A stretch of 64,000 nucleotides of DNA from Anaerolineae bacterium (GCA_027021705.1 JALUTT010000056.1:76957-140956); one strand, 5' to 3'. Shown: positions 38,300 through 47,762, counted from the stretch's first letter. The notes: generated from the sequence alone by a model not told the origin. Numbers and translations: made by a program.

Positions 38300-39094
38300 A
38301 TGGACCGACGCGAGGGAGGACAGGTTCGCACAGGCTACTACCTGGTCTGGGACAGCCGCTGGGAGCCGGTGGCGGCGGGCGGGGTGCCCGAGGAAGCTCC
38401 CCTCACCCTCTACGTCAACGCCCAGGAACTGGTCACGATGATGGCCACCCCCATCCGGCAGGAGTGGCTGGCCCTGGGCTTCCTGGCCAACGAGGGGATC
38501 ATCGAGGGGATGGAGGCGGTGCGGGAGGTCCGCGTCTGCCCAACGGGCCGGCGCGTGGACGTCTGGCTCCGCTTCACCCCCCGGCTGCCCCGACGGCCCA
38601 TCCTGACCTCCGGCTGCGGCGGCGGCATCACCTTCGACGACCTCTCCCGGCAGGTGAAGCCGGTGACCGCCGACCTCCCGGTGACGCCGGCCCAGATCGC
38701 CGACCTGATGCGCCGGCTCTACCAAGCCGAAGGGCTCTACCGCCAGGTGCGGGGCGTCCACACCTCCGCCCTGAGCGACGGGGAGCGGCTGCTGGTGGTG
38801 GCCGAGGACGTGGGGCGGCACAACACGCTGGACAAGGTGCGGGGGGCCTGCCTGATGCAGGGCATCGAGACGGCGGGCCGGGTCCTGCTCTCCACCGGGC
38901 GGATCAGCAGCGAGATGCTGAACAAGGCGGCCCGGATGGGGGTACCCGTCGTCGTCTCCCGCACCTCCCCGACGAGCCTCTCCGTCGCCCTGGCCCGGCG
39001 CTGGGGCATCACCCTCGTCGGCTACGCCCGGCGGGGCCGGATGCGCATCTACGCCCACCCGGAGCGAATCCTGGACACCGCCCCCCCGCTCTGA
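38300..39094 (+). CDS. fdhD: Formate dehydrogenase accessory sulfurtransferase FdhD
   Basis: LALGFL..EG, TSGCG, GVH, EDVGRHNTLDK, TGRISSEM, TLVGYAR. Confidence 0.95.
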   Translation: MDRREGGQVRTGYYLVWDSRWEPVAAGGVPEEAPLTLYVNAQELVTMMATPIRQEWLALGFLANEGIIEGMEAVREVRVCPTGRRVDVWLRFTPRLPRRPILTSGCGGGITFDDLSRQVKPVTADLPVTPAQIADLMRRLYQAEGLYRQVRGVHTSALSDGERLLVVAEDVGRHNTLDKVRGACLMQGIETAGRVLLSTGRISSEMLNKAARMGVPVVVSRTSPTSLSVALARRWGITLVGYARRGRMRIYAHPERILDTAPPL

Positions 39095-39101
39095 GGCCCC
39101 C

Positions 39102-39551
39102 CTACGCCGTCACGTAGGCCAGGGATTGGATGCGCGTGTCGTGGAGCCGGTCCCGGACGACCTGGGCGACCCGCTGCATCATCAGGTAGCCGAAGCGCCA
39201 GTCGGACTCGAACTCCTTCCAGAGCGCCCGGCGCTCGAAGGCGACCACCCGGCACGGCGTCAGGGCCTTGGCGCCGGCCGTGGCCGTGTAGGGGGGCACC
39301 ACCGTGGACCAGGCGAAGGTCTCGCCGGGCCCCAGCGTGCTGATGATGCTCTCCCGGTCCGGGAGTTCCACCACGATGGCGACCATCCCCTCCAGGATCA
39401 GGTAGAAGGTGTCCAGTTTCTCCCCCTCGTGGAAGAAGTAGTGGCCGGCCTCCACCTCCACCTCGTCGGCCACCTTGGCCAGCGTCACGAGCTGGTCCGT
39501 ATCCAGGCCGGCGAAGAAGGGGTACCGCCGGAGCAGTTCAGGCGAAACCAT
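39102..39551 (-). CDS. Stand-alone cyclic-nucleotide-binding domain protein
   Basis: PFFAGL, FHEGE, FYLILEG.V, GPGETFAWS, TATA; no HTH. Confidence 0.88.
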   Translation of the reverse strand: MVSPELLRRYPFFAGLDTDQLVTLAKVADEVEVEAGHYFFHEGEKLDTFYLILEGMVAIVVELPDRESIISTLGPGETFAWSTVVPPYTATAGAKALTPCRVVAFERRALWKEFESDWRFGYLMMQRVAQVVRDRLHDTRIQSLAYVTA

Positions 39552-39590
39552 CTCCCTCCTCCTCTCTCAACCCCTCAACCCTAACCCTTC

Positions 39591-39687
39591 ACCCTCCCGC
39601 AGATTAGGCGCGTTTCCAACGCGAAACCGTGCTTCAAATCGCCCATCGGGGCTGAAAGCGCCCTCGACCGGTGACCTGTGGGAGGGT
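39591..39687. mobile_element. MITE-like family B copy (97 bp)
   Basis: Imperfect TIR ACCCTCCCGCAG...CTGTGGGAGGGT; reverse-complement homolog at 47667-47762. Confidence 0.8.
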
Positions 39688-39701
39688 AGGCATGGATACT
39701 C

Positions 39702-40163
39702 TCAACCCGTCACCAGCAGCCTCACCATCTGAGCGCGAGTGGCCCGGAGACGGCTGACGATGACCTGGCAGACCCGGGTGATGATGGTGCAGCAGAGCTC
39801 GGGGTCGGTCTCAAGGAGCCGGCGCAGGTCGTCCCTCCGGACCCTGACGGCGCTCACCGGGCTGGCACAGCGGGCCGAGGCGGTGTAGACGTAGGGCTCG
39901 ACGAGGGCCGACCAGCCGAAGAGGTCGCCGGGGGAGAGGATCGTCACCGGTTCACGCCGGTCCCCGGAGGCATCCATGTTGACCAGGATGTCCACCCAGC
40001 CGTCGAGGAGCAGGTAGAAGGTGTGGGCCGGCTCCCCCTCGGCGAAGATAAGGGTGCCTCGGGGGAAGGAGACCTCTTCGGCAATGGCGGCCAGTTGCCT
40101 CAGTGCCCCCTCGTCGAGACCGGCGCAGAGCGGAAAGCGCTTCAGAACCTCGGGAGAGACCAT
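39702..40163 (-). CDS. Stand-alone cyclic-nucleotide-binding domain protein (paralog of 39102-39551)
   Basis: MVSPEVLKRFP, FAEGE, FYLLLDG.V, PGDLFGWS, YTASA. Confidence 0.88.
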   Translation of the reverse strand: MVSPEVLKRFPLCAGLDEGALRQLAAIAEEVSFPRGTLIFAEGEPAHTFYLLLDGWVDILVNMDASGDRREPVTILSPGDLFGWSALVEPYVYTASARCASPVSAVRVRRDDLRRLLETDPELCCTIITRVCQVIVSRLRATRAQMVRLLVTG

Positions 40164-40268
40164 CCTACGTCTTGCGTTTCCCGTGCAGCGTGCTCCGCCG
40201 CCGGCGGTCCACAGTCGGCGGTCGGCGGTCTGTGGTCGGCGGTCCGCGGTCGGCTACCGACAGTCGTT

Positions 40269-42293
40269 TCACGCCATCACCAACTCCCGCTCCCGCTCCC
40301 GCTCCCTCCCGTCGGGAGAGCGCACGTCCCACAGGATGCCCTCGATCTGAGCCATCACCTGCTCGCTGGTGAAGTGGGCGCCGGTGATGGCGGCGCTGGG
40401 GCAGGCCGCCACGCAGGTCCCACACCCCTGGCAGAGGGCCGTCACCACCTCCGACACCCCCCGGTCCTCGTGGTAGACGATGGCGTTGTAGGGGCAGAGG
40501 TTGTTGCAGATGCGGCAGCCGGAGCAGAGCTCCTCGTTGATGTGGGCCCGCACCGGCTCCATCAGCACCGTCCCCTGGCTGATCAGGCTGGCCACCCGGG
40601 CCGCCGCCGCCGCCCCCTGGGCCACCGACTCGGGGATGTCCTTCGGCCCCTGGCAGGCCCCGGCGATGAAGACCCCCTCCGTCATCGTCGCCACCGGGTC
40701 CAGCTTCGGGTGGCGCTCGACGAAGAAGCCGTCGAAGTCGCACCCCAGCCCGAAGCGCTGGGCCACCTCCCGCGAGTCGTGCCGCGCCTCCAGCCCCGCG
40801 CTCAGGATCACCATATCCACCGGGATGCGCCGCTGTACCCCGAAGAGGGTGTCGTACACCTGGACGATCAGCTTGCCCTCCTCCTCCGGCGTGCGGGCGG
40901 CATCGGTCACCTCGGCCACCCGGCCCCGGATGAAGTGGGTCTCCTCGTCCATCAACCTCCGGTAGAACTCTTCGTACCCCTTGCCGGGGGTGCGGATGTC
41001 AATGTAGAAGTTGTAGACCTCGGCGTTGGGCAGCCGCTCGTGGACCAGGTGGGCGAACTTGAGGGAGTACATACAGCAGACCTTGGAGCAGTACTCGTGG
41101 TAGTTCTTGTCCCGCGAGCCCACGCAGTGGATGATGGCCACGCTCTGGGGCTCCGTCACCCCATCCCGCAGGACGATCCGACCCCCCGTCGGCCCCGCCG
41201 CGTTCACCATCCGCTCGAACTCCAGGCTGGTGAAGACGTTGGCCAGCCGCCCGTAGCCATACTGGGGAATCCGGCGCGGGTCGAAGAGGTCGTACCCCGT
41301 CGCCAGAATGATGTTCCCCACCTCGATCTGCAGGATCTCGTCCTCCTGCTCGAAGTCTATGGCTTTGGTCGGGCAGAGGATTTCACAGGCCCGACACTTC
41401 CCTCGCTCGAAGTAGATGCAGTTCTCCACGTCAATGACGGGGTACTTGGGCACCGCCTGGGGGAAGGGGCGGTAGATCGCCTTGCGGTAGCCCAGCCCGG
41501 CCTCGAAGACCTCGTCCAGCACCTTCTTGGGGCACTTCTCCTCGCAGATGCCGCAGCCGGTGCAGAGCTCCTCGTTGACGTAGCGGGCCTTCTTGCGCAC
41601 GGTGACGGTGAAGTTGCCGATGTACCCCTCCACCTCCTCCACCTCGCTGTAGCTCAGCAGGGTGATGTGGGGGTGCTGCCCCACCTCGACCATCTTGGGG
41701 GTGAGGATGCAGGCGGAGCAGTCGAGGGTGGGGAAGGTCTTGTCCAACTGGGCCATATGGCCGCCGATGGAGGGCTCCCGCTCGACCAGGTAGACGGGGT
41801 AGCCGGCGTTGGCCAGCTCCAGGGCGGCGGTGATGCCGGCGATGCCGCCGCCGACGACGAGGGTGGCGGGGTTGATCTGGACGGGCAGGGGCTCCAAGGG
41901 CTGATGGTGGACGACCCGCTCGATGGCCCCTTTGACCAATGCCTTGGCCTTCTCGGTGGCCGCCTCCCGGTCGTCGGTGGCCCAGGAGTTGTGCTCGCGG
42001 ATGTTGGCCATCTCGAAGAGGAAGGGGTTGAGGCCGGCTCGCTGACAGGCGGTGCGGAAGGTCTTCTCGTGCATGTGGGGGGAGCAGGCGGCGACGACGA
42101 CGCGGGTGAGGCCCAGTTCGCGGATGTCCTCTTCGATGAGGTCCTGGCCCAGGCTGGAGCACATGAACTTGTAGTCGCGGGCCACCGCCACGTGGGGCTG
42201 CTCACCGGCCCAGCGGGCGACCGCTTCCACGTCCACCGTGCGGGCGATGTTCGTACCGCAGTGACAGATGTAGACACCGACTCTCTCAGCCAT
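40269..42293 (-). CDS. hdrA: Heterodisulfide reductase subunit A-like flavoprotein
   Basis: VGVYICHCGTNI, ACSP..HE.TF, NIRE, VGGGIAG, KTFPTLDC..C, CVGSRD..YCS..CC, G.CQGPKDI, two ferredoxin inserts. Confidence 0.95.
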   Translation of the reverse strand: MAERVGVYICHCGTNIARTVDVEAVARWAGEQPHVAVARDYKFMCSSLGQDLIEEDIRELGLTRVVVAACSPHMHEKTFRTACQRAGLNPFLFEMANIREHNSWATDDREAATEKAKALVKGAIERVVHHQPLEPLPVQINPATLVVGGGIAGITAALELANAGYPVYLVEREPSIGGHMAQLDKTFPTLDCSACILTPKMVEVGQHPHITLLSYSEVEEVEGYIGNFTVTVRKKARYVNEELCTGCGICEEKCPKKVLDEVFEAGLGYRKAIYRPFPQAVPKYPVIDVENCIYFERGKCRACEILCPTKAIDFEQEDEILQIEVGNIILATGYDLFDPRRIPQYGYGRLANVFTSLEFERMVNAAGPTGGRIVLRDGVTEPQSVAIIHCVGSRDKNYHEYCSKVCCMYSLKFAHLVHERLPNAEVYNFYIDIRTPGKGYEEFYRRLMDEETHFIRGRVAEVTDAARTPEEEGKLIVQVYDTLFGVQRRIPVDMVILSAGLEARHDSREVAQRFGLGCDFDGFFVERHPKLDPVATMTEGVFIAGACQGPKDIPESVAQGAAAAARVASLISQGTVLMEPVRAHINEELCSGCRICNNLCPYNAIVYHEDRGVSEVVTALCQGCGTCVAACPSAAITGAHFTSEQVMAQIEGILWDVRSPDGRERERERELVMA

Positions 42294-42413
42294 AGCTCTC
42301 CCTCCCTCGCTGCGCATTTCGCGTCCGATGCCAGGGGTGGTGTGCTGCCCACCTTATGTTGCCGACCGCGGACCGCCGACGGACGACCGCTACGCGCAAG
42401 CACGCATCGCACC

Positions 42414-44405
42414 TCAGGCCTGCATCGCTTCGTAGACCAACTCGACCAACTCCTTGACCACCAGGCGGTCTTCGTAGCCGGTGGTCTTCAGCGCGTCCCG
42501 GTACATGGCGACATCCTTGGGGCAGGCGACGACGAGGACCTGCACGCCGTCCAGTTGCGCCGCCTCTCGGATGCGGGCCTCGCTGGGGCGCTCCTTGACC
42601 TCACCCTCCTCCATCCAGATGCGGCCTCCGCCGGCACCGCAGCAGAAGGACCGCTCGCGGTGGCGCGGCATCTCGACCAGCGTGCAGCCGGTCGCCTCGA
42701 TCACCCGTCGCGGCGACTCGTACACACCGTTGTAGCGCCCCAGGTAGCAGGGATCGTGGTAGGTGACGGTGTAGCCCAGCTTCCGGCCCAGCCGGAGCCG
42801 GCCGGAGGTGATCAGCCGGTCCAGCAGCTCGGCGTGATGGAGCACCGGACGGTCCCCGATCACCTCGGGCGGGTACTCGTTCTTGAGGGTGTTGTAGGTG
42901 TGGGGGTCGGTGGTGACGATGGCCTGGAAGGTGCACCGGCTCAGCGCCGCGCCGTTCCGCTCCATCAGCATCTCGAAGAGCCCCTCCTCTCCCACCCGGC
43001 GCACGTCGTTGCCGGCGCTCCGTTCCCCGTCGTACAGGATGCCGAAGTCCAGCCCGGCCTGCTGGAAGACCTGGGCCGCCTGGCGCGTCACCTCGACCAG
43101 GCCGGCGTGGTAGGAGGCGTAGTCGCCGACGAACCAGAGGTACTCGACCGCCTCCTTCCGGGCGTCCTTGATCCGGGGCCGGAGGGGTTGGCTCCACCTC
43201 GCCCGCATCCGGGGGGATTGACCGAAGGCGTTGCCGTAGCGGGCCAGGTTGGCCAGCGCCTCCTGGAGCTGCGGGTCCACCTCCCCCTCGTTGACCAGGT
43301 AGCGGCGCAGGTCCACGATCAGCGCGACGGGATCGGTGAAGATGGGGCAGACCTGGGCGCAGGCCCGGCAGCTCGTGCAGGCCCACACCTCCGCCGGGGA
43401 GATCAGGTCGCCGTGGAGCGCCCGACCGTTGCCGCGCTGCCACAGGTGGAGCTTCAGCTTGACCATCAGGTCGCGGGGGGAGAAGGGGAGGCCACTGGCG
43501 TGGGCCGGGCACTGGTCCTGGCAGCGGCCACAGCGGACGCAGGCCTCGAAGTCCAGGATCTGCTTCCAGGTGAAGTCGCGCCAGGTTGCCGCGCCCACAG
43601 GACTGCTGTGATAGGCCGGGGCCAGGGCTCCGGCCGGCCCCAGGGAGCGGAAGAAGATGTTGAGGGGGGCCGCCACGATGTGGAAGAGCTTGGTGAAGGG
43701 GATGCTGGCGATGAAGGTGAAGGCCAGCAGCCCGTGGGTGATCCAGAGGACCAGGTGCAGGGTGCGGCCGGTCGGATCGCCCAGGGCGGCGAAGAGGGAG
43801 GCCACGGCGCTCCCCACCGGCGACCAGGCGGCCCAGCTCGGCCGGAGGACGGCGATGCGCAGCCCCTCGATCAGGTAGCCGGTGAGGGCGATGAGGGCCA
43901 GCATGGCGAGGGCGTAGGCGTCCTCCCAGGCGAACTCCCGCTCCCGCCCGCCCTGCAGGCGCGGCGGGCGGACGACGTAGCGGCGGTAGGCCGCCATGCC
44001 CAGGCCGACCAGCAGGAGCAGCCCGAAGAGGTCCAGGACCAGCTCGTAGAGCACGTAGACCCCGTTGGTCAGGAACTGGAAGCCGAAGAAGAGGCGGGTG
44101 ATGTCCCAGTCCACCGTCGCCAGCACCGTTCCGGCGAAGAGGGCGACCATCCCCCAGAAGATGGCCAGGTGCATCACGCCGGGGTAGGGGTCTTGGACCG
44201 TTCGGACCTGGGCAATGGCGTGGACGAGCACGGCACGGAGGCGTGCGCCCAGGCGGTCGGTGCGCCGCTCCGGGCGGCCCATCCGCCAGCGCCGGACCCG
44301 GCGGGCGACGCCCAAGAGGAAGATGAGGACCGTCAGCAGCCCCAAGAGGTACTGACCGACCTCGGCCCAATGGGGAATGTTCCAGAAGGTCTCCCGCACA
44401 GCCAT
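42414..44405 (-). CDS. Membrane cytochrome b / Fe-S / CCG oxidoreductase (FadF / ETF:quinone oxidoreductase-like)
   Basis: NarI-like TM region (GVMH..IFWG, THG, PFTKLFH), CVRCGRC...CP, CTSCRAC...CP, YHDPCYLGR, CCGAGGG, ACP. Confidence 0.88.
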   Translation of the reverse strand: MAVRETFWNIPHWAEVGQYLLGLLTVLIFLLGVARRVRRWRMGRPERRTDRLGARLRAVLVHAIAQVRTVQDPYPGVMHLAIFWGMVALFAGTVLATVDWDITRLFFGFQFLTNGVYVLYELVLDLFGLLLLVGLGMAAYRRYVVRPPRLQGGREREFAWEDAYALAMLALIALTGYLIEGLRIAVLRPSWAAWSPVGSAVASLFAALGDPTGRTLHLVLWITHGLLAFTFIASIPFTKLFHIVAAPLNIFFRSLGPAGALAPAYHSSPVGAATWRDFTWKQILDFEACVRCGRCQDQCPAHASGLPFSPRDLMVKLKLHLWQRGNGRALHGDLISPAEVWACTSCRACAQVCPIFTDPVALIVDLRRYLVNEGEVDPQLQEALANLARYGNAFGQSPRMRARWSQPLRPRIKDARKEAVEYLWFVGDYASYHAGLVEVTRQAAQVFQQAGLDFGILYDGERSAGNDVRRVGEEGLFEMLMERNGAALSRCTFQAIVTTDPHTYNTLKNEYPPEVIGDRPVLHHAELLDRLITSGRLRLGRKLGYTVTYHDPCYLGRYNGVYESPRRVIEATGCTLVEMPRHRERSFCCGAGGGRIWMEEGEVKERPSEARIREAAQLDGVQVLVVACPKDVAMYRDALKTTGYEDRLVVKELVELVYEAMQA

Positions 44406-44442
44406 CTCACCCCATCCTTCGGTTGCTCTGGGTCCGGTTCTG

Positions 44443-45435
44443 TCACGCGGCGGCCAGGGCGGGTGCGGACCGGGCCTGGCGGACCTTCTCCGTCAGCACC
44501 GGGACCAGGTCGAAGAGGTCCACGGCGGCCCCGTACTGGGCGACGTCGAAGATGGGCGCGGCGGGGTCGGTGTTGACGGCGATGATGACCTCGCTGTCGG
44601 TGATGCCCTGGACGTGCTCCGGAGCCCCGCTGATGCCCAGGGCCAGGTAGACCTTGGGCCGGACCCGTTTGCCCGATTTGCCCACCAGCCGCGTCGTCGG
44701 CAGCCACCCCTGGTCCACCACCGGGCGCGAGGCGCAGACGACGCCCCCCAGCGCTTCGGCCAGGGCCTCGGCCAGCGGGAGGTTGTCCTGGTTCTGGATC
44801 CCGCGCCCCACGGCGACCAGGATGGGCGCTTTGGCGATGTCCACGTCCTCCTCTTCGGGCTCGATGTACTGCTTCAGCGTGATGCGCAGCCCTTCGAGGG
44901 ATGGGGCGGGCTCCGGGATCACCTCGGGGGGATGGGGGCTCCGCCCCTGCTCCGGCTTGAAGCCGCCGGGGATCATCGTCACCAGCGCCGTGGGGGCCGG
45001 CAGCTCACCCTCGGCCATCAGCCGGCCGCCGCAGATCTGGCTGACGAAGGTGAGGGTCCCGTCGTCGGCGCGGAGGGTGCGGCAGTAGCCCACCAGGGGG
45101 AGCCCCAGTTGGGCGGAGAGCCGGCCCGCCACATCCGCGCCGACGGAGGTCTCGCCCAGGAGCAGCGCCCGAGGGGGCTTTCTCTCCATCAGATCTGCCA
45201 GCACTCGCTGGTAGGCGTCCGGCGTGAACTCGGCCAGCGCCGGATGGTCCACGTACAGCACCCGGTCGGCGGCCAGGTCCTGGGCCAGCGCCTGGGCGTC
45301 GTGGCCCAGCAGCAGCGCGACGACGGGGCCGCCGGTCCCTCGGGCCAGTTCCTGGGCTGCCGCCAGCATCACGTAGGAAATCTCGGCCACCTGACCGCGC
45401 AGGTGCTCCACCAGCACGTAGATTTCCTGGTGCAT
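44443..45435 (-). CDS. etfA: Electron transfer flavoprotein alpha subunit
   Basis: VAVGRG, ASRPVVD.GW, VGKSGK.VRP, GISGAPEH, AVNTDP.APIF. Confidence 0.95.
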   Translation of the reverse strand: MHQEIYVLVEHLRGQVAEISYVMLAAAQELARGTGGPVVALLLGHDAQALAQDLAADRVLYVDHPALAEFTPDAYQRVLADLMERKPPRALLLGETSVGADVAGRLSAQLGLPLVGYCRTLRADDGTLTFVSQICGGRLMAEGELPAPTALVTMIPGGFKPEQGRSPHPPEVIPEPAPSLEGLRITLKQYIEPEEEDVDIAKAPILVAVGRGIQNQDNLPLAEALAEALGGVVCASRPVVDQGWLPTTRLVGKSGKRVRPKVYLALGISGAPEHVQGITDSEVIIAVNTDPAAPIFDVAQYGAAVDLFDLVPVLTEKVRQARSAPALAAA

Positions 45436-45491
45436 CGGTTCACTCCTTCCCGTGGTGCATATGGCGTGCTGCCTGTTGCGGGTTGTGGGGC

Positions 45492-46259
45492 TTACGCGAG
45501 CACGCCCAACTCCTCGAGGATTCCGACCAGTCGTGTGGCGATCTCGTCCACATCGCCTTCGAGCATCGTCGCCCGCTCGCCGACCTCGGGCTGGAAGAGC
45601 CGGCGCACCGCCGGCCCCCCGCTGGGGTCGAGTTCATCCACGGGCCACTCCTCGATGGCTGCCGTCTTCATCGCCTGGCGGATCTTGCTGAAGGCGACGT
45701 AGCGGGGCGGCTCTTCGGCGGCCTGGATGCCCAGGACGGCGGGGAGGGCCACTTCCATCTCGGCGAGGAGGGCGCCGGGGTGCTCCTTGCGCACGAGGCA
45801 TCGGTCCCCCTGCACCCTCACGCCGGCCACGTAGCCGACGTAGGGCAGGCCCAAGAGCCCGGCCAATTGGGGTCCTACCGGCCCGTCCAGGTCGCTGTGG
45901 GCCTGCACGCCCGTCAGCACCAGGTCGGGCTGGAGTTCCCGCACCACCGGGGCGAAGGCGCGGGCCAGGGCGTGGTTGTTCACCGTCGGCTCGAAGGGTC
46001 CCACCAGCCGGATCAGCCGGTCGGCCCCCTTGGCCGCAGCGGTGAAGAGCACATCGTCCGCCCCTTCCACGTCGGGAACCACCACCGTCACCTGGGCTCC
46101 GTCCCGTTCCTTCAGCAGGATGGCCTGCTCGATGGCGTGGTCGTCGAACTCGCTGAGGATCAGGCTCAGCCAGGTGGTGTCCAGGGCCGTCCCGCTCTCG
46201 TCAATCAGGAGTTCCTCCACCAGATCGGGCACGAGTTTGACAGGGACCACGATCTTCAT
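45492..46259 (-). CDS. etfB: Electron transfer flavoprotein beta subunit
   Basis: MKIVVPVKLVPD, FDDHAIEQA, GAD, DLVLTGVQA, PRY. Confidence 0.95.
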   Translation of the reverse strand: MKIVVPVKLVPDLVEELLIDESGTALDTTWLSLILSEFDDHAIEQAILLKERDGAQVTVVVPDVEGADDVLFTAAAKGADRLIRLVGPFEPTVNNHALARAFAPVVRELQPDLVLTGVQAHSDLDGPVGPQLAGLLGLPYVGYVAGVRVQGDRCLVRKEHPGALLAEMEVALPAVLGIQAAEEPPRYVAFSKIRQAMKTAAIEEWPVDELDPSGGPAVRRLFQPEVGERATMLEGDVDEIATRLVGILEELGVLA

Positions 46260-46298
46260 CGCTGCACCTCACAAAGGTCACGGGTTACGGGTTGCCTG

Positions 46299-47507
46299 TT
46301 ATGCCTCTTCCATCGCTTCGGCCAGCAGTTCGGCGATGTCCTTGACGACGAGCCGGCTGGCCCCCTCGACCATCTTGATGGCGTCCTCGAAGCGGGGGGG
46401 CTCGTAGGGGCAGGCCACCGCCAGGATGTCGGCTTTGATGGCCACCGCTTCGCGCACGCGCCACTCGGAGAGGCGGACCCGGGCCTTCTCCCACTGGAAC
46501 CCATCCAGCCACATTCCGCCGCCGCCCCCGCCGCAGCAGAGGCTGGTGGAACGGTTGTGGGACATCTCCACCAGCGTCACGCCGGGGATGGCTTCCAGGA
46601 GTGCCCGGGGCTCCTCGTAGACCCCGTTGACGCGGCCCAGGTAGCAGGGGTCGTGGAAGGTGACCCGGGCCTTCAGCTCCCGCTTCAGCAGCGGCCTCAG
46701 TTGGTCCAGCCGCTCGGCCAGGAACTGGGTGTAGTGGCGCACGGGGTAGGCGATGCCCAGCTCCGGGTAGGCGTTCTTCAGGGCGTTGTAGGCGTGGGGG
46801 TCCGTGGTGATGATCTCGCGGAAGGTGTACCGGCGGAAGGCCCGTCCGTTCTTCTCGGCCAGCCGCTCGAAGAGGCCGCGCTCACCGGCCAGCCGCAGCG
46901 AGTCGCCGTCGCTCTGTTCCTCGGGTCCCAGGATGCCGAAGTCCACCCCCAGCGCGTTGAGGACCCGGACCAGGGCCCGGCTGACCCTCTGGACCCGGGG
47001 GTGGTAGGAGGCGTAGTCACCGACGAACCAGAGGACATCCACGGGCCGCCGGACCTGCCGGAGGATGGGGACGGGGGGATCGAGGCCCAGGGCCCAGTCG
47101 GCCCGCTTGCGGGGCGACTCTCCCAGGGGGTTGCCGTAGTGCAGCGTCTTCTCCAGGGCGTCCTGGAGTTCGGTGGGGACGTGGCCGGCCAGGACCATCT
47201 CCTCCTTGGTCCGGGCCATCAGGCCGGCGGTGAGGGGGATCTTCGAGGGGCAGACCTGGGTACAGGCGTAGCAGGAGACGCACATCCAGACCGTGTCGGT
47301 TTTCAGCACCCGGTCGAACATCCTGGCCCGCAGCGCGGCGATCATCCGGCTGGGGGGGAAGTCCATCAGGTAGCCGAAGGGGCAGACGCCGCTGCAGGTG
47401 CCACACTGGAGGCAGGTGCGGATCCGCTCGCCGTCGGCCACTTCTTGCAGACTGGCGTAGAAGGCCTCGCTGAAGGAGGGCCTTGGGGAGACTATGGTCA
47501 CGGCCAT
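46299..47507 (-). CDS. Soluble HdrD-like Fe-S / CCG oxidoreductase
   Basis: CLQCGTCSGVCP, CVSCYAC...CP, FHDPCYLGR, CCGGGGG, ACP; AAGGAGG RBS before MAVTIV. Confidence 0.88.
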   Translation of the reverse strand: MAVTIVSPRPSFSEAFYASLQEVADGERIRTCLQCGTCSGVCPFGYLMDFPPSRMIAALRARMFDRVLKTDTVWMCVSCYACTQVCPSKIPLTAGLMARTKEEMVLAGHVPTELQDALEKTLHYGNPLGESPRKRADWALGLDPPVPILRQVRRPVDVLWFVGDYASYHPRVQRVSRALVRVLNALGVDFGILGPEEQSDGDSLRLAGERGLFERLAEKNGRAFRRYTFREIITTDPHAYNALKNAYPELGIAYPVRHYTQFLAERLDQLRPLLKRELKARVTFHDPCYLGRVNGVYEEPRALLEAIPGVTLVEMSHNRSTSLCCGGGGGGMWLDGFQWEKARVRLSEWRVREAVAIKADILAVACPYEPPRFEDAIKMVEGASRLVVKDIAELLAEAMEEA

Positions 47508-47666
47508 CGAGCACCTCCTTGGCTGGTGCACAGGGGACGACACCGCTTCTCACGCTCGCTTCCATTGTACTGTATCCCTGGGGTGAATGTCTATGGGGGA
47601 ACCTCCCCCTTTGCCGCCGGGAAGCCCCCCCTTTGAGGTGGGGGGAGGTGTCTACGAGTGGGGGTG

Positions 47667-47762
47667 ACCCTCCCGCAGGTTGCCGGTCGAGGGCGCTTTC
47701 GGCCCCGATGGGCTGTCTGAAGCACGGTTTCGCGTCGGAACACGTCTAACCTGCGGGAGGGT
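47667..47762. mobile_element. MITE-like family B copy (96 bp)
   Basis: 15-bp perfect TIR ACCCTCCCGCAGGTT / AACCTGCGGGAGGGT. Confidence 0.82.

Noticed and set aside
40023..44576. 1517-aa plus-strand ORF
   Set aside because: Antisense shadow of hdrA, the fadF-like gene and etfA. It has no motifs and is typical of high-GC codon bias.
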